Below the pieces are notes generated by a model. It had not been told where the DNA came from and did no database searches. It was given only the letters and a program-made list of their open reading frames with translations. A program made the translations under genes and the position numbers. Shown here piece after piece: positions 32,677 to 43,649 of a stretch of 64,000 nt of DNA. Each line of letters starts with the position of its first letter. Positions within the stretch are counted from its first letter, which is position 1. Source of the stretch: Caecitellus pseudoparvulus (lineage: Eukaryota > Protista > Bigyra: Bicosoecida); the NCBI GenBank assembly GCA_965644315.1, contig CBFFRQ010000051.1:1-64000 (forward strand). The letters run 5' to 3'.

Positions 32677-35600
32677 TCACTGGGCGACAGTGCGGGGGCG
32701 GCTGAAGCCTGCAGTCTTGTCGGGGCCCTTGGCCGTGACGACTTCCTGCGCCTGCACGCCGCCGATGCCGACCGTGGCCTGGGCCAGAGCGGCCCGTGCA
32801 GCCACACGGCGGGCCGGGGCTGGCTGCCCCTCCCCCTCCCCGCCCTCACCACCCGCCTTGGACGTCTGGGCGCTCTGCATGTCTTCCAGCGTCTCCCCCC
32901 GCCGCTTGTGGCACACCTTGGCCAGCCTCCCGTTCGCCAGCGTGATCACGCCCACGTTGCGCAGGACTGTGCCCAGACTCGCCGCCTGCTCCTCAGGCAG
33001 AGGCACTGCGCCAGAGGCCAGCACGTGCCGCAGCAGGGTGTCCATGGCCGCCGGGGCGGGCGGCACCTGCCCCGTCGCGCCCTGGTGCAGAATGCACGCT
33101 GGCACTCGCCCACCATTGCCTGCCACCACCACGCCACGCAGCGCCACCGTCGTGCGTCCGTGACGGCTCTGGCTGTACTCCACCACATCACCCTCACGCA
33201 GGGGCTGACCAGTGGCAATGGAGGCGGTGACAGCGCTGGGCTCGCCCAACGACACAGCGCACAGAGCTGGTGGTGCGCTGGCGTCAGCGCCGTCCTCCTC
33301 ACCGGCCGCCGCATCCGCTCCTGCCTTCCCTGTGATCTGGGACGCATCAGCCAGGGTGCGGTAAGTTTGGGACGCCATCAGCTTCACTGCCGCGTCCTTG
33401 CTCACAGTCCACAGGCTGCCAGGGGCTGCCGCGAGCTCTGCAGCGGTGGCCACCACCTGGGCAGCCGTGTCTTCCGGCAGCTCCAGAGCCTGCGTCAGGC
33501 TGGCCGTGGCCTGGGGAGCTGCCAGGCGCGCGCGGACCTCCCGGATGACGTCTTCGGGCAGGCGCACGATCTCCTGGACGTTTGCGGTGCCCTTGGAGAT
33601 GTTCATGACGATGCCGGTGTGCCGTTGGCCGGGTGCGGGCGTGTGCACCATGCAGCACCGCACGCCAAACCCGCGGGACGCGGTCTCTGCACCTGCTCGT
33701 GCCCAGCCAGAGGCGGCGGTGGGGGCGCTGCCGCTGGACCCGTCGTCCTCCGCCACGACAAAGGCAACGACGTCGTGAGACACAAAGGGGGGCATGCCGC
33801 CCGGGGCCATCGGCTGGCTGGGCAGCACTGGCACGGCGTGGGCCACAGCGAAGTTCAGGAGAGTCTTGGGGGGGATGCTGCCCAGCTCGCCGCCCTTGAC
33901 AACGGTCAAGTTGGGCATGCTCTCCACTGCAGCCTTCACGGCTGCCTCGGCAGGGCCAGTGGCAACCCCCGTCACCTCCACCACACCGCCTGTGAAGGCG
34001 GGGTACTTCACAGGCACACGGGGCCTGACACCGCCCCGCTGGCGCCCGAAGGTGCCGCTGCTGCCCTGCATCGGTGCAGAAGGCTCCCGCGTGATGCGCC
34101 CCAGGTACACGCGCTCGGACACCTTGCAGGGCTTGGAGCAGGGGACGCCCCCCTTGGGGGTGACTGCGGCCTTGCGTGCCGCACGCACGGCCTTGCCCTG
34201 CTCGGGTGTCAGGTGGGCAATGTTCTTGGCCACGGCCGTGCCCAGCTGGGCGTCGTGCTGCACGACAAAGTCCACGAACTTGCCCACGTGCAGGGGCCCG
34301 CACCCCGCCACGCTGTCGGCTGCTGAGAACGGCACGCTGCTCCTCGCGCCGTCACTGAAGTCTGCGTTCAGCGGCGTGATGCTGCCGGAGGGCACGAACG
34401 GCTCTGGTGCCTCGGCTGCCGGGCCTCGCTTGGGCTTGCGTGACACGAATTCCACCACGCCCCAGGTGTGCCCCGGCGCGGGGCCTGGTGTGGCCGCCGC
34501 AGGGGGGGCAGCACCTGCCTCCCCTGCAGGGCCCCAGTCGCCCGTGTTGCCCCAGGCCCCGTCTTCCCCGCGGCCTGAGCTAGCAGCGGGGGTCACTGGC
34601 GCCAGCTGCACGCCACTTGCCTCCACTGACCCATCCAGGGCGCTGCGCTTGAGGAAGCAGGAGCAGGGCACTCGGCCGCCTTCCGCCTGCAGCAGACTGG
34701 TCACAGTGTCCTTGGAGACAGTTGAGGAGCGCTCGCCGCGCAGGGACACTTCCCACAGCGGCACTTGCAACGTGTGTGACGCGGGCAAGCGCCCTGGCGC
34801 GCGCGGCCCGAACGGCTGTGTCAGCCACGCTGCAGCGATGGTGGCGGCGCCGGCGTCCTGCACGTCGCCCGTCACGGCGCCCAGGCCCGGGACACAGGGA
34901 TGCACGGCGGTGCCGGTGGGGGGGGGTGGAGACGCACGCCAGCCCTTGGGTACTGACACGGTGGTCTTGCCAGGGTGCGTCTCCACCACCAGGCCGTACG
35001 CCGCCGACACCGCTGCAACCAGGCACTGGCTGGCGTGAGCCACAGTCGTGGCGGCGCCAGGCGCCACGACGGGTGCACCTGCCACTGGCGTGGCCCAGTC
35101 AGGCAGGAGCACATGCGAGGTGCCTGGGTCCGTGAGCAGACACACCAGAGCGTGGACCACGGCACCGTCTGGCCGCGCACTGGCCGAGGCAGACTCCCAC
35201 GGCGCCAGCACATTGCACGCCACCCCGGCAGCCTTGCCCTCCTCACCCAGGGAGCGGCGCGCAAAGTCTGCGTGCTGGTGCAGGGCCTTGGCCTCTGCCC
35301 CCGGCAGCGCCTTGCCTGCCTCCAGGCGGGCCGTCCCAGCCGGCAACGCCGCGCCAGTGGGTGCGTCGCCCAACAGCAGCGACAGTAGGTCGGCAGGGGG
35401 CGGTCCGGCGGCGGCACCAGGCAGGACCCACTCAGGTGCGCCCTGCACCGCTGCCACTGCTTCGGGCGACAGCACCAGTGTCGCGGCAGAGTCTCCGACC
35501 GCCGTGACGTGGGCCTGCACGCGGCCGCAGCCGAAGCTCAGGTCGGTCTTCTGTTTGGACAGGTACGCCGTGAAGGAAGGCGTCAACCACTTGCGCACGC

Positions 35601-38463
35601 CAGCGGGGGCACGTGCCAACACCGCGACCCGCCTAGCCTGGCGCCGGAAGGCTTCCCCCGCCCTGCCGCCGTTGTCGAATGCCTCATCGAAGGACACCAA
35701 GTCGCCCACCGCCACGTCCCATCCGTTGGCGGCGTCCACTGCTTCCGCAGTCTCCAGCACGGGCAGGGTGGGGGGGGCGTCACCCTTGGCAGAGGTCACG
35801 TGGGGTGCACGCAGCACGTCAGGCACGGCGGGAACCACAGTCGGCGCGCCGTCTTCGTCCACGTCCAGCGGTGTGCGCGCCGCTGTCGCGCGCAGACTGG
35901 CCATGTGGGGAGTCCCCGTCACCGCCTTCATGGAGGCGTAAATGGAGCTGGAGCCGTCCCGGTACTGGTCCGAGGGGGGCACGGGCACCTCCACCAGAGG
36001 CGAGATGAAGCAGTAGGCAGGCTTCACACCCACGACAATGCCTGTGGGGCGGTGGGGCCGAGGACAGGCCAGCGCCACCGCGTCCACTTCCAGCTGCGCC
36101 CGTCCCTGGGCCTGCGTGTCCAGACGCACCTCTTGAATGGACAGCACGTCACCCTTCGCCAGGGGCGTCTCGCCGCACGCCAGCATGCCGCCGTGCAGGG
36201 GCAGGTCCAGCGCCAGCGCCCCGCCTGCAGTGCGGGTCACGAACACAGACAGAGCACGCACCAGTGCCGCATCCGTGCACTGCACGCCCGCATGCCCATC
36301 CATGCCCGGTAGGGCAGCATACCACTCTGGCAACGCGTCCAGGGAAGGCACCAGCCCAGCAGACAGCGCATGTGTGGCAGCGGCTGCTGCTGCGCGGCCC
36401 GTCAGCTGGGACACCGGAACACGCAGCACGCCTCCGTCCAGAACACGCACCGTGTCATGGCCTTGGCGCCGGTACACCCGCCCCGTCAGCAGTGCTTGGC
36501 GCAGCGGCAGGGTCACGGGGAAGGGGGGCGACTCCAGCACGCCCAGAGCGCTGCGTGCCAGGACAGCCACAGGGCTAGCCGCCTCCGCCGCCGCCCCCGT
36601 CACCACCACGCCCACTGGCTGCCACACAAGGGAAGGCTGCCAGTCACACGTGGACGGCTCCGGCAGTCCTGCCGCCAAGGCCTGCTCTGCCAGGGCGGAC
36701 TGGTCGGCCACGGCCCCCCGCACTGCCGCCAACCAGGCTGGCGCGGTATCCCCCGCGCACACACCAGTGGCGTCGGCACAGGGTGTGGCCAGGGCGGCAT
36801 CGAAGCTGCCAGCCACCACCGCCACGGTCTGCCCCACCTCCATGGGCTCCTGGGCCAGGGTCAGCACTGCCGTGTGGCCGTCCCCGCCGACGCTGGGCAC
36901 CGCCACCAGCCCCTGCTGCCCGCCCCCATGCACTGACAGCACCGTGCCCTGCTGGGGCGCCTTGCCCGGCACAGCTGCCAAGAGCGCAGGTGTCATGTCC
37001 TGCGTCACCTGCACGTGGGTGCCCCACACCTCTGCCGTGCGTGCGTCCAGGGCCAGGCGCGTGCTGACGAGGCTGCCCGGCACCAGGCCCCCCTCCGCCT
37101 GCACGCCCTCCACCCCCCACGGCACCAGGCGCCCCACAGCGCCAGCAGCCCACGCATCACTGCCGCCGCCCTCGCTGTCCTGCACAGACAAGATCAACAT
37201 CTGCCCTGGCGTGCCAGGTGCTGGGGTGGGCGTGGCTGCTGCAACGGCGGGTCCGAGCAGGGCCGACTTGGGCAGGTTGCCGGCCCACGCGCCTGATGAT
37301 CGCTGTGTGATGGTGCTGCCACACCAGTCCGCCGTCAGCTCCGGCACGCCAGAGCCCTCGGGGATGCTCTGCAGGGCATGGCTGGCCGTCCACGCCTTGC
37401 CCGCCACACCGGCCACAGCGGGGTCATTCGCGACTTGGGGAGTCAGCACGCCACTGGGCAGTCGCACGATGACGGCAGACAGCGTCGCGTCAGACACGCT
37501 CACGAAGGGCACGCACTCCCCTGCCGCCAGGGGCGAGACGTTCTTGGCCGTCACACGGTCCACGGAGCCCCCGCTCACCTTCATGTCCAAGTCCAGCGAC
37601 ACCTCCAGCCCAGGGTGCAGGTCGCCCCAGGCCACGCCGTCGGCCAGGGACACTGGGGCGACGTCTGCGTCAGGCAAGCCGCCCTGCTCGCCCACCAGGC
37701 GCACGCCAGCCGAGTCAGGCCGCAGGCGGATCACCACGCCCTGTGCCTCTGACACCTCCTGCACAGACGCCTTGAACTCAAGCGCAGGTGCGGGTCCTGC
37801 CTGCGCGGCACGGGGTGATGCAGCAGGCTCCCTCGGCGGCAGCGCGCGCTCGGGGACTGCTCGTGGGGACCCGTGCCCGGACCCTCGCCCGAAACCCCCC
37901 TCGCTGCCACGGGACTGGAAGGAAGACCCTCCACCCCCTGCAGAGCTGCCACTGGCACGCCAGTTCGCAGGGCTGAAGTCCGGCTCGCGCTTGTCGCTCT
38001 CCAAACGAGATTTGATCTTGTCCAGCGCCGAATCTGCCTTGGCGTGAATCGCTGCCCAGTGCGAGTTGGCAGCGGCTGTCACAGGAGGCGCGGCAATGTC
38101 CCGATGCACGGGTGCTGTGGGCTTGCCTAAATCCGCACGGACGGCGTCGCGCTGCCGCCGCCCGCCACCACGCCCACCGCCACCACGCCCGCCACCACCA
38201 CGTCCACCGCCACCTCGTCCGCCGCCACCTCGTCCGTCGCCGCGCCTGCCTTTTCCACCCCTCCCACGGCCCTTCCGCCCACCCCGGCCTCGCGGCTCGT
38301 CTTTGGGCGGAGGCGGGGGAGCATCCCGCCACCCTGTGCCGACTTTCTTCGCCTCCTCAATGGCCTTCAAGGCTGCCTCACGTTCAGCCATGGCTTCTTC
38401 CACGTCCGCCTCCGTGGGGGCCAAGTCTTGCCCCCCCATGTCGCCCCAATCCATGTCCTCCAT
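32677..38463 (-). CDS. Large putative RNA-binding protein, CSDE1/UNR-like (RGG box, degenerate cold-shock/OB folds, SUZ-C-like tail)
   Basis: 1928-aa ORF with N-terminal RGGG repeats. CSD-like segments include TGIVVGVKPAYCFISP, VAVGDLVSF, LHVGKFVDFVV...AVAKNI and LREGDVVEY. The C-terminal AKGPDKTAGF resembles the SUZ-C PxGPDxxxGF motif. Confidence 0.6.
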   Translation of the reverse strand: MEDMDWGDMGGQDLAPTEADVEEAMAEREAALKAIEEAKKVGTGWRDAPPPPPKDEPRGRGGRKGRGRGGKGRRGDGRGGGGRGGGGRGGGGRGGGGRGGGRRQRDAVRADLGKPTAPVHRDIAAPPVTAAANSHWAAIHAKADSALDKIKSRLESDKREPDFSPANWRASGSSAGGGGSSFQSRGSEGGFGRGSGHGSPRAVPERALPPREPAASPRAAQAGPAPALEFKASVQEVSEAQGVVIRLRPDSAGVRLVGEQGGLPDADVAPVSLADGVAWGDLHPGLEVSLDLDMKVSGGSVDRVTAKNVSPLAAGECVPFVSVSDATLSAVIVRLPSGVLTPQVANDPAVAGVAGKAWTASHALQSIPEGSGVPELTADWCGSTITQRSSGAWAGNLPKSALLGPAVAAATPTPAPGTPGQMLILSVQDSEGGGSDAWAAGAVGRLVPWGVEGVQAEGGLVPGSLVSTRLALDARTAEVWGTHVQVTQDMTPALLAAVPGKAPQQGTVLSVHGGGQQGLVAVPSVGGDGHTAVLTLAQEPMEVGQTVAVVAGSFDAALATPCADATGVCAGDTAPAWLAAVRGAVADQSALAEQALAAGLPEPSTCDWQPSLVWQPVGVVVTGAAAEAASPVAVLARSALGVLESPPFPVTLPLRQALLTGRVYRRQGHDTVRVLDGGVLRVPVSQLTGRAAAAAATHALSAGLVPSLDALPEWYAALPGMDGHAGVQCTDAALVRALSVFVTRTAGGALALDLPLHGGMLACGETPLAKGDVLSIQEVRLDTQAQGRAQLEVDAVALACPRPHRPTGIVVGVKPAYCFISPLVEVPVPPSDQYRDGSSSIYASMKAVTGTPHMASLRATAARTPLDVDEDGAPTVVPAVPDVLRAPHVTSAKGDAPPTLPVLETAEAVDAANGWDVAVGDLVSFDEAFDNGGRAGEAFRRQARRVAVLARAPAGVRKWLTPSFTAYLSKQKTDLSFGCGRVQAHVTAVGDSAATLVLSPEAVAAVQGAPEWVLPGAAAGPPPADLLSLLLGDAPTGAALPAGTARLEAGKALPGAEAKALHQHADFARRSLGEEGKAAGVACNVLAPWESASASARPDGAVVHALVCLLTDPGTSHVLLPDWATPVAGAPVVAPGAATTVAHASQCLVAAVSAAYGLVVETHPGKTTVSVPKGWRASPPPPTGTAVHPCVPGLGAVTGDVQDAGAATIAAAWLTQPFGPRAPGRLPASHTLQVPLWEVSLRGERSSTVSKDTVTSLLQAEGGRVPCSCFLKRSALDGSVEASGVQLAPVTPAASSGRGEDGAWGNTGDWGPAGEAGAAPPAAATPGPAPGHTWGVVEFVSRKPKRGPAAEAPEPFVPSGSITPLNADFSDGARSSVPFSAADSVAGCGPLHVGKFVDFVVQHDAQLGTAVAKNIAHLTPEQGKAVRAARKAAVTPKGGVPCSKPCKVSERVYLGRITREPSAPMQGSSGTFGRQRGGVRPRVPVKYPAFTGGVVEVTGVATGPAEAAVKAAVESMPNLTVVKGGELGSIPPKTLLNFAVAHAVPVLPSQPMAPGGMPPFVSHDVVAFVVAEDDGSSGSAPTAASGWARAGAETASRGFGVRCCMVHTPAPGQRHTGIVMNISKGTANVQEIVRLPEDVIREVRARLAAPQATASLTQALELPEDTAAQVVATAAELAAAPGSLWTVSKDAAVKLMASQTYRTLADASQITGKAGADAAAGEEDGADASAPPALCAVSLGEPSAVTASIATGQPLREGDVVEYSQSRHGRTTVALRGVVVAGNGGRVPACILHQGATGQVPPAPAAMDTLLRHVLASGAVPLPEEQAASLGTVLRNVGVITLANGRLAKVCHKRRGETLEDMQSAQTSKAGGEGGEGEGQPAPARRVAARAALAQATVGIGGVQAQEVVTAKGPDKTAGFSRPRTVAQ
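38155..38245 (-). repeat. Gly/Arg-rich coding repeat (RGGGG x about 5)
   Basis: Imperfect 15-nt units (ccgccaccacgc/ccacctcgt) encoding GRGGG. Confidence 0.8.
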
Positions 38464-38748
38464 GTCAACCGCGTTTCACCAGCGTTCCGCGCTGTCAACA
38501 AGCTCTCCAACCCACTAAGCCACGCATGCAATCCAAAGAAACGAGAAATGTCTCACAATACTACCTGATCGTGTCCAGATTTGATTTTAGATTTCTAGGT
38601 CTCCAGGTCAAGGTGGAAGACCACCCCTGCTAGTTCTCAATCTCTGTCGAAAAACTAGAGCGCTCTGTTTGCATCCTCCAAACCAGACAAAGTGACCAGC
38701 GTAGATAAGCACACGGGGAATCAAGCAGCATCATTTGCATTGAGCTAA

Positions 38749-39789
38749 TCACCTTCGCTGGGATGCCCGCAGCAGCAGCATGGCTCGCCGCCCCTGCAGA
38801 GTGCTGGTGCCGGCCCACACTGCATCTTTGGCTGGCTGCACAGCCACCTGTCCAGCGGCAAGCCGTGTCTGAAGCGGGACGGCTCGATGCCCAGTGAGGC
38901 CAAGCAGCTCACAAAGAACATGCGCATGCCTGTTGTGGCATGCAAGGCGAAAGCCGTAGCAAGGCATGCCCCTGACCCCAGCATGCACATCCACCTCACG
39001 ATGCCCCGTCAACGTCAGCAGCTCGCGCACCACGTCAATGTGCCCATGCAGACAAGCACGTCGAAAGCCGTACTCAGGCCCGTTTCGATCTCCAGCGCGG
39101 ACGTCCACTTCGCGATCCCCCGCCAGAGCCAGCAGCTCACGCACCACATCCACATGCCCATTCTGACAGGCACGTCGGAAGCCGGCCTCTGGCCCATCAA
39201 AATCACCAGCATGCACGTCCACCTCCCGATCCCCCGCCAGAGCCAACAGCTCGCGTACCACAGCCAAGTGTCCGTTCGCACAGGCAAGCCGGAAGCAAGC
39301 CTCAGGACCACCTCGATCACCTGCATGCACATCCACAGTGCGATGATCGCTCAGAGCGAGTAGCTCTCGCACCACCTCCACACGCCCGTAAGCACAGGCA
39401 AGTCGAAATCCAAAATCAGGCTTCATATCGGGACCAGCGTGCACGTCCACCTCGCGTTCTCCGCCCAGTGCCAGAAGGTCACGAACCACATTAATGTGCC
39501 CAAACTCACAAGCATGCCGGAAGCCAGCCTCAGGCCCACCCCAATCTCTTGCATGTACATTCACTTCATGATACCCACTCAGTCCCAACAGCCCACGCAA
39601 CAGTCCCACATGACCCGCCTTGCACGCCACCAGAAAGGCGAGAGTTGTTTCATACTGCGACAGCCCACCCAAATCACCCCCAGGCGCCCCACCCACACCC
39701 AGCATCCGCGCCAGCGCACTGGCGTCACCTTCGTGACACGCACCCCGCCACACGGCCACACACCGCTCTGCCTCGCCTCCTGCCTCCAT
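38749..39789 (-). CDS. Ankyrin-like repeat protein copy R1 (7 repeats)
   Basis: Family ATG context ccgcccggcATG at 39789, N-cap MEAGGEAERC, repeats, and C-cap ending MLLLRASQRR. Confidence 0.9.
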   Translation of the reverse strand: MEAGGEAERCVAVWRGACHEGDASALARMLGVGGAPGGDLGGLSQYETTLAFLVACKAGHVGLLRGLLGLSGYHEVNVHARDWGGPEAGFRHACEFGHINVVRDLLALGGEREVDVHAGPDMKPDFGFRLACAYGRVEVVRELLALSDHRTVDVHAGDRGGPEACFRLACANGHLAVVRELLALAGDREVDVHAGDFDGPEAGFRRACQNGHVDVVRELLALAGDREVDVRAGDRNGPEYGFRRACLHGHIDVVRELLTLTGHREVDVHAGVRGMPCYGFRLACHNRHAHVLCELLGLTGHRAVPLQTRLAAGQVAVQPAKDAVWAGTSTLQGRRAMLLLRASQRR

Positions 39790-40244
39790 GCCGGGCGGCT
39801 GTGCCACGGTGTCCCTTGCGTGGACTGAAGCAATAACCGCACACGCACTCTTCCGCAACAGCGCAGAATGGAGGTTCCAGGCGGTGTCCAAGCATGCCTA
39901 AGATGCATGAAATTCAATTGCAACAGTGTGAACAGAGGTTCAATATTTTTTGGCGGGGGTCAGAGTACCCATTGCCTCTGGTCACCCCGCCCCAATCAAG
40001 GGTGCTCTGCTGTGGCTCGCAAAACCTCAAGCTCCAAGCCACCACACAGCCTGCCAGCAAACGCCACTCCGGTGCACCCTGCATACCACGCTCATACGAC
40101 ATCGCCACTGTACAGCGAGCTGCCTGCGTGGGGTGTGCACCTCCACTCCGCGCAGGCAGGGGGCAACGGGCAAGCGCAGGAGCTGCAGGCTGGTTATAGT
40201 GGGCGGTCAACGAGATGCGAAGAGGCTGGGGAGGTCAAAGCTCA

Positions 40245-41627
40245 TCACCTTCGCTGGGATGCACGCAGCAGTAGCATGGCACCTCGCCCCTGACGAGTGC
40301 TGGTGCCGGCCCAGACGGCATCCTTGGCGGGCTGCACAGCCACTTGCCCAGCGGCACGTCGAGCCTGGATGGGAATGGCTCGATGCCCCGTCAGCGCCAA
40401 GAGCTCACGCACCACAGCCAGGCGCCCTTTATAATGGGCAGCCTTGAAGGCATACTCAGGCACACCCCTGACTCCAGCATGCACATCCACCGTCGCGTGT
40501 CTTGCCAGCTCGAGAAGCAAACGCGCCACATCCAACTGCCCCTGCACACAGGCAAGCTTGAAAGCAGCCTCACGTTCGCCCTCTGGCCCAGCATGCACAT
40601 CCACCTCACGATCGCCACTCAATGAAAGCAGCTCGCGGACCACGTCAACATGTCCGAACTGGCAGGCAAGCTTGAAAGCAGCCTCACGTTCGCCCTCTGG
40701 CCCAGCATGCACATCCACCTCACGATCGCCACTCAATGAAAGCAGCTCGCGGACCACTTCAACATGTCCGTACTCGCAAGCAAGCTGGAAGCCTAACTCA
40801 GGCCAGCCCTCAGGCCCAGCGTGCACATCCACCTCACGGTGTCCGCTCAATGCCAGCAGTTCCCGAACCACATCAATATGCCCGGCCTGACAAGCAAGCT
40901 GGAAGGCTATCTCAGGATCGCCCTCTGGCCCAGCGTGCACGTCCACAGCTCGATGTCCGCTCAGAGCCAGGAGCTCACGTACGACATCAAGGTGCCCATT
41001 CATACAGGCACCCCGGAAAGCAGCCTCAGGACCATCTTCATCATCCGTATGCACATCAACTTCTCGGGCACCGCTCAGTGCCAGCAGCTCGCGCACCACA
41101 CCAACGTGACCATTTGCACAAGCACGCCGGAAGGCACCCTCGGACCAGCATTGATAGTCAGCATGCACGTCCACTTCACGCTGCCCCGTCAATGCTAGCA
41201 GCTCCCGCACCACGTCAATATGCCCATTCTCACAGGCAAGCTGGAAGCCCTGCTCACACCAGGTCTTTGGCCCGGCATGTACGTCCACCTCGCGTTCTCC
41301 GCTCAGTGCAAGAAGCTCACGAACCACATCAATGTGCCCGTTCTCACAGGCAGCCCGGAAGCCAGCCTCAGGCCCGGCCCAATCCCCCACATGCACGTCC
41401 ACCTCACAATCGCCCGTCAGCTCCAACAGCCCACGCAACAGACCCACATGACCTGCCTTGCACGCCACCAGAAAGGCGTCCGTAGTCTCATCCTGTGTCA
41501 GCCCACTCAAATCACCCCCTGGCGCCCCACCCGCGCCCAGCATCCGCGCCAGCGCACCAGCATCACTATTACGACATGCGCCTCGCCACATGACCACACA
41601 CCGCTCTGCCTCGCCATCTGGCTCCAT
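40245..41627 (-). CDS. Ankyrin-like repeat protein copy R2 (10 repeats)
   Basis: ATG 41627 (MEPDGEAERC) and the same cap-repeat-cap architecture. Confidence 0.9.
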   Translation of the reverse strand: MEPDGEAERCVVMWRGACRNSDAGALARMLGAGGAPGGDLSGLTQDETTDAFLVACKAGHVGLLRGLLELTGDCEVDVHVGDWAGPEAGFRAACENGHIDVVRELLALSGEREVDVHAGPKTWCEQGFQLACENGHIDVVRELLALTGQREVDVHADYQCWSEGAFRRACANGHVGVVRELLALSGAREVDVHTDDEDGPEAAFRGACMNGHLDVVRELLALSGHRAVDVHAGPEGDPEIAFQLACQAGHIDVVRELLALSGHREVDVHAGPEGWPELGFQLACEYGHVEVVRELLSLSGDREVDVHAGPEGEREAAFKLACQFGHVDVVRELLSLSGDREVDVHAGPEGEREAAFKLACVQGQLDVARLLLELARHATVDVHAGVRGVPEYAFKAAHYKGRLAVVRELLALTGHRAIPIQARRAAGQVAVQPAKDAVWAGTSTRQGRGAMLLLRASQRR

Positions 41628-42061
41628 GCCGGGCGGCTGTGCCACGGTGTGCCTGGCCTGGCCTGTAGCAATTACCGCACACACTCCCCTCCGTGACAAC
41701 CCAGAATGAAGGTTCCAGGCGGTCTTCAAGCGGGTCTGCAGTGCGTGAGATGCAAAAAAAGTTTTGGTATTCTTAAATTTAACCGATAACCAAAGTGTCT
41801 GTCGCCTGTGGCCACTCCGACTCAATCAGGAGTGCTCTGCTTTTTCTCGCCAGGAATCAAGCTCCAAGCCACCACACAGTCTGCCAGCACACGCCCCCTC
41901 GATGCACCCTGCACATGGCATTGGCACATTACTGTCCCTATACAGCAGAATACGTGAGTGAGCGGCCCACGCCCACTCCGCGCAGGCAGGGGGTAGTTGA
42001 GCAAGCGCACAAGCTGGGGTGTGTGCAAGAGATGCGAAGAGGCTGGAAAGGACTGAGCGCA

Positions 42062-43222
42062 TCACCTTCGTTGGGATACCCGCAGCAGTAGCATGAGCCG
42101 ACGCCCTTGATGTATGGGTGTCCCTTGCCACTCTGCCTCTTTCAGCTGTGTGTATGTGAGCGCGCCAGGTCGAGTCTGCGCTGACTGGGGCACTGCTCGG
42201 GCACCACGCAGTCTGAACAGCTCGCGCAGCACATCCACATGGCCACGCTGGCATGCCGCCCGATACCCTGCATCACCATCGTGCCTATTGTCGGCGTGCA
42301 CGTCCACCTCCCGCTCGCCAGTCAGCGCCAGCAACTCGCGCACGACCCTTGCACGGCCAAATGCGCACGCCCCACGGAAGGCCGCTTCACGTCCACCCTG
42401 ATCCGATGCATGCACGTCCACTCGCCTGGCACCCTGGAGTGCGAGCAGTTCACGCACGACAGCAACGTGGCCACCGCGGCATGCAAGCCGCAGCGCAGCT
42501 TCTGCTCCGTCTACATCGGCGGCATGAACATCCACCTCTCTTTCACCCGACAGATGCAACAGCTCGCGCACCACACTGACGTGTCCCCTTGCGCAAGCCC
42601 ACTGAAACGCTGCCTCACGTATGCCCCATCCGCCGGCGTGCACGTCCACCTTTTGCTCGCCAGTCAGAGCCAGCAACTCGCGCACCACGTGCACTTGCCC
42701 GGCACAGCATGCAGAGCGGAAGGCAGCCTGCGGACCCAGACGATCTCCTGCCGGCACGTACACTGAGCGACGTCCTTTGAGGGCGAGCAGCTCACGCACC
42801 ACCTCCAGGTGCCCATTCGCACACGCATCGCGAAAGCCAGCGTAGCTTCCTTGCGCATCGTAGGCATACGTGTTCACCTCACGATCCCCTGTCAACGCCA
42901 GCAGCTCCCGCACAACGTCCACGTGCCCGCCAGCACAGGCTGCCCTGAAGCCATACTCGGGGAAGCGCCCTTTCATCGCATGGACATCCACTACTTGCTC
43001 GCCGTTGAGGGCCAGCAAAGCTCGCAGCAGGCTGACGTGCCCGTCCTCGCACGCCACGAAGAAGCCCTGCGTTGTGTCCTCCGCAAACAGACCCTCCAGT
43101 GCATGCCGCCCTCGGCGAGTGTGGCCCTTCTCCACCATCGCCAACAGTGCGTCAGCATCACGATTGCGGCATGCAGTTGCCCACAGCGCGCATGCTTCCA
43201 CCGTGGCTGACACTGCGGCCAT
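42062..43222 (-). CDS. Ankyrin-like repeat protein copy R3, divergent subfamily (8 repeats)
   Basis: ATG 43222 (MAAVSATVEACALWATACRNRDA). Caps are diverged, but the 38-aa repeat and the W..GRR.MLLLRVSQRR tail are the same. Confidence 0.88.
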   Translation of the reverse strand: MAAVSATVEACALWATACRNRDADALLAMVEKGHTRRGRHALEGLFAEDTTQGFFVACEDGHVSLLRALLALNGEQVVDVHAMKGRFPEYGFRAACAGGHVDVVRELLALTGDREVNTYAYDAQGSYAGFRDACANGHLEVVRELLALKGRRSVYVPAGDRLGPQAAFRSACCAGQVHVVRELLALTGEQKVDVHAGGWGIREAAFQWACARGHVSVVRELLHLSGEREVDVHAADVDGAEAALRLACRGGHVAVVRELLALQGARRVDVHASDQGGREAAFRGACAFGRARVVRELLALTGEREVDVHADNRHDGDAGYRAACQRGHVDVLRELFRLRGARAVPQSAQTRPGALTYTQLKEAEWQGTPIHQGRRLMLLLRVSQRR

Positions 43223-43649
43223 GCTGTGCCAGCTCTCGATTTCCGCAGTGACCCGCAAGGGTGGCGAGTTACGGTAAGGGGCCAAGAAGTCCTGCACCAC
43301 CGGAAGCGTGGGTACAAAGCAGTTAACGAAAGGTATTCACGAGTATGGAGTGCCTGGAAGGTCAGGCAACTTGAATGTGTGCCCGATGGTGGCTGTGCGG
43401 GAGCAACCGCACCCTCGTTGTCAAGCCCCTTCGAGCCACGCCACTGGCATCGACTGAAGCTCGGACAAGTGATATTTGTCCCAGTTTTCTCTCGCATGGC
43501 TTGCGTAGAGTCAAGCTTGCCTCAGTGCCTTCTACCACTGAGTGATGTGCAAGGAATCAAGCCGCCCTTTGTGGCGAGTGCACGTCACAAGCCCCAAGAT
43601 TGAGTGACACCCGCTAACCAAAGTCAACGTGATGCAAACATATATGCAT

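Noticed and set aside
39790-41825. N-terminal extensions of R1, R2 and R4 suggested by the ORF track (upstream TTG/GTG starts)
   Set aside because: They use non-ATG starts, and the homologous position is an in-frame TAG in the + strand copies, so the conserved ATG is the likely start.
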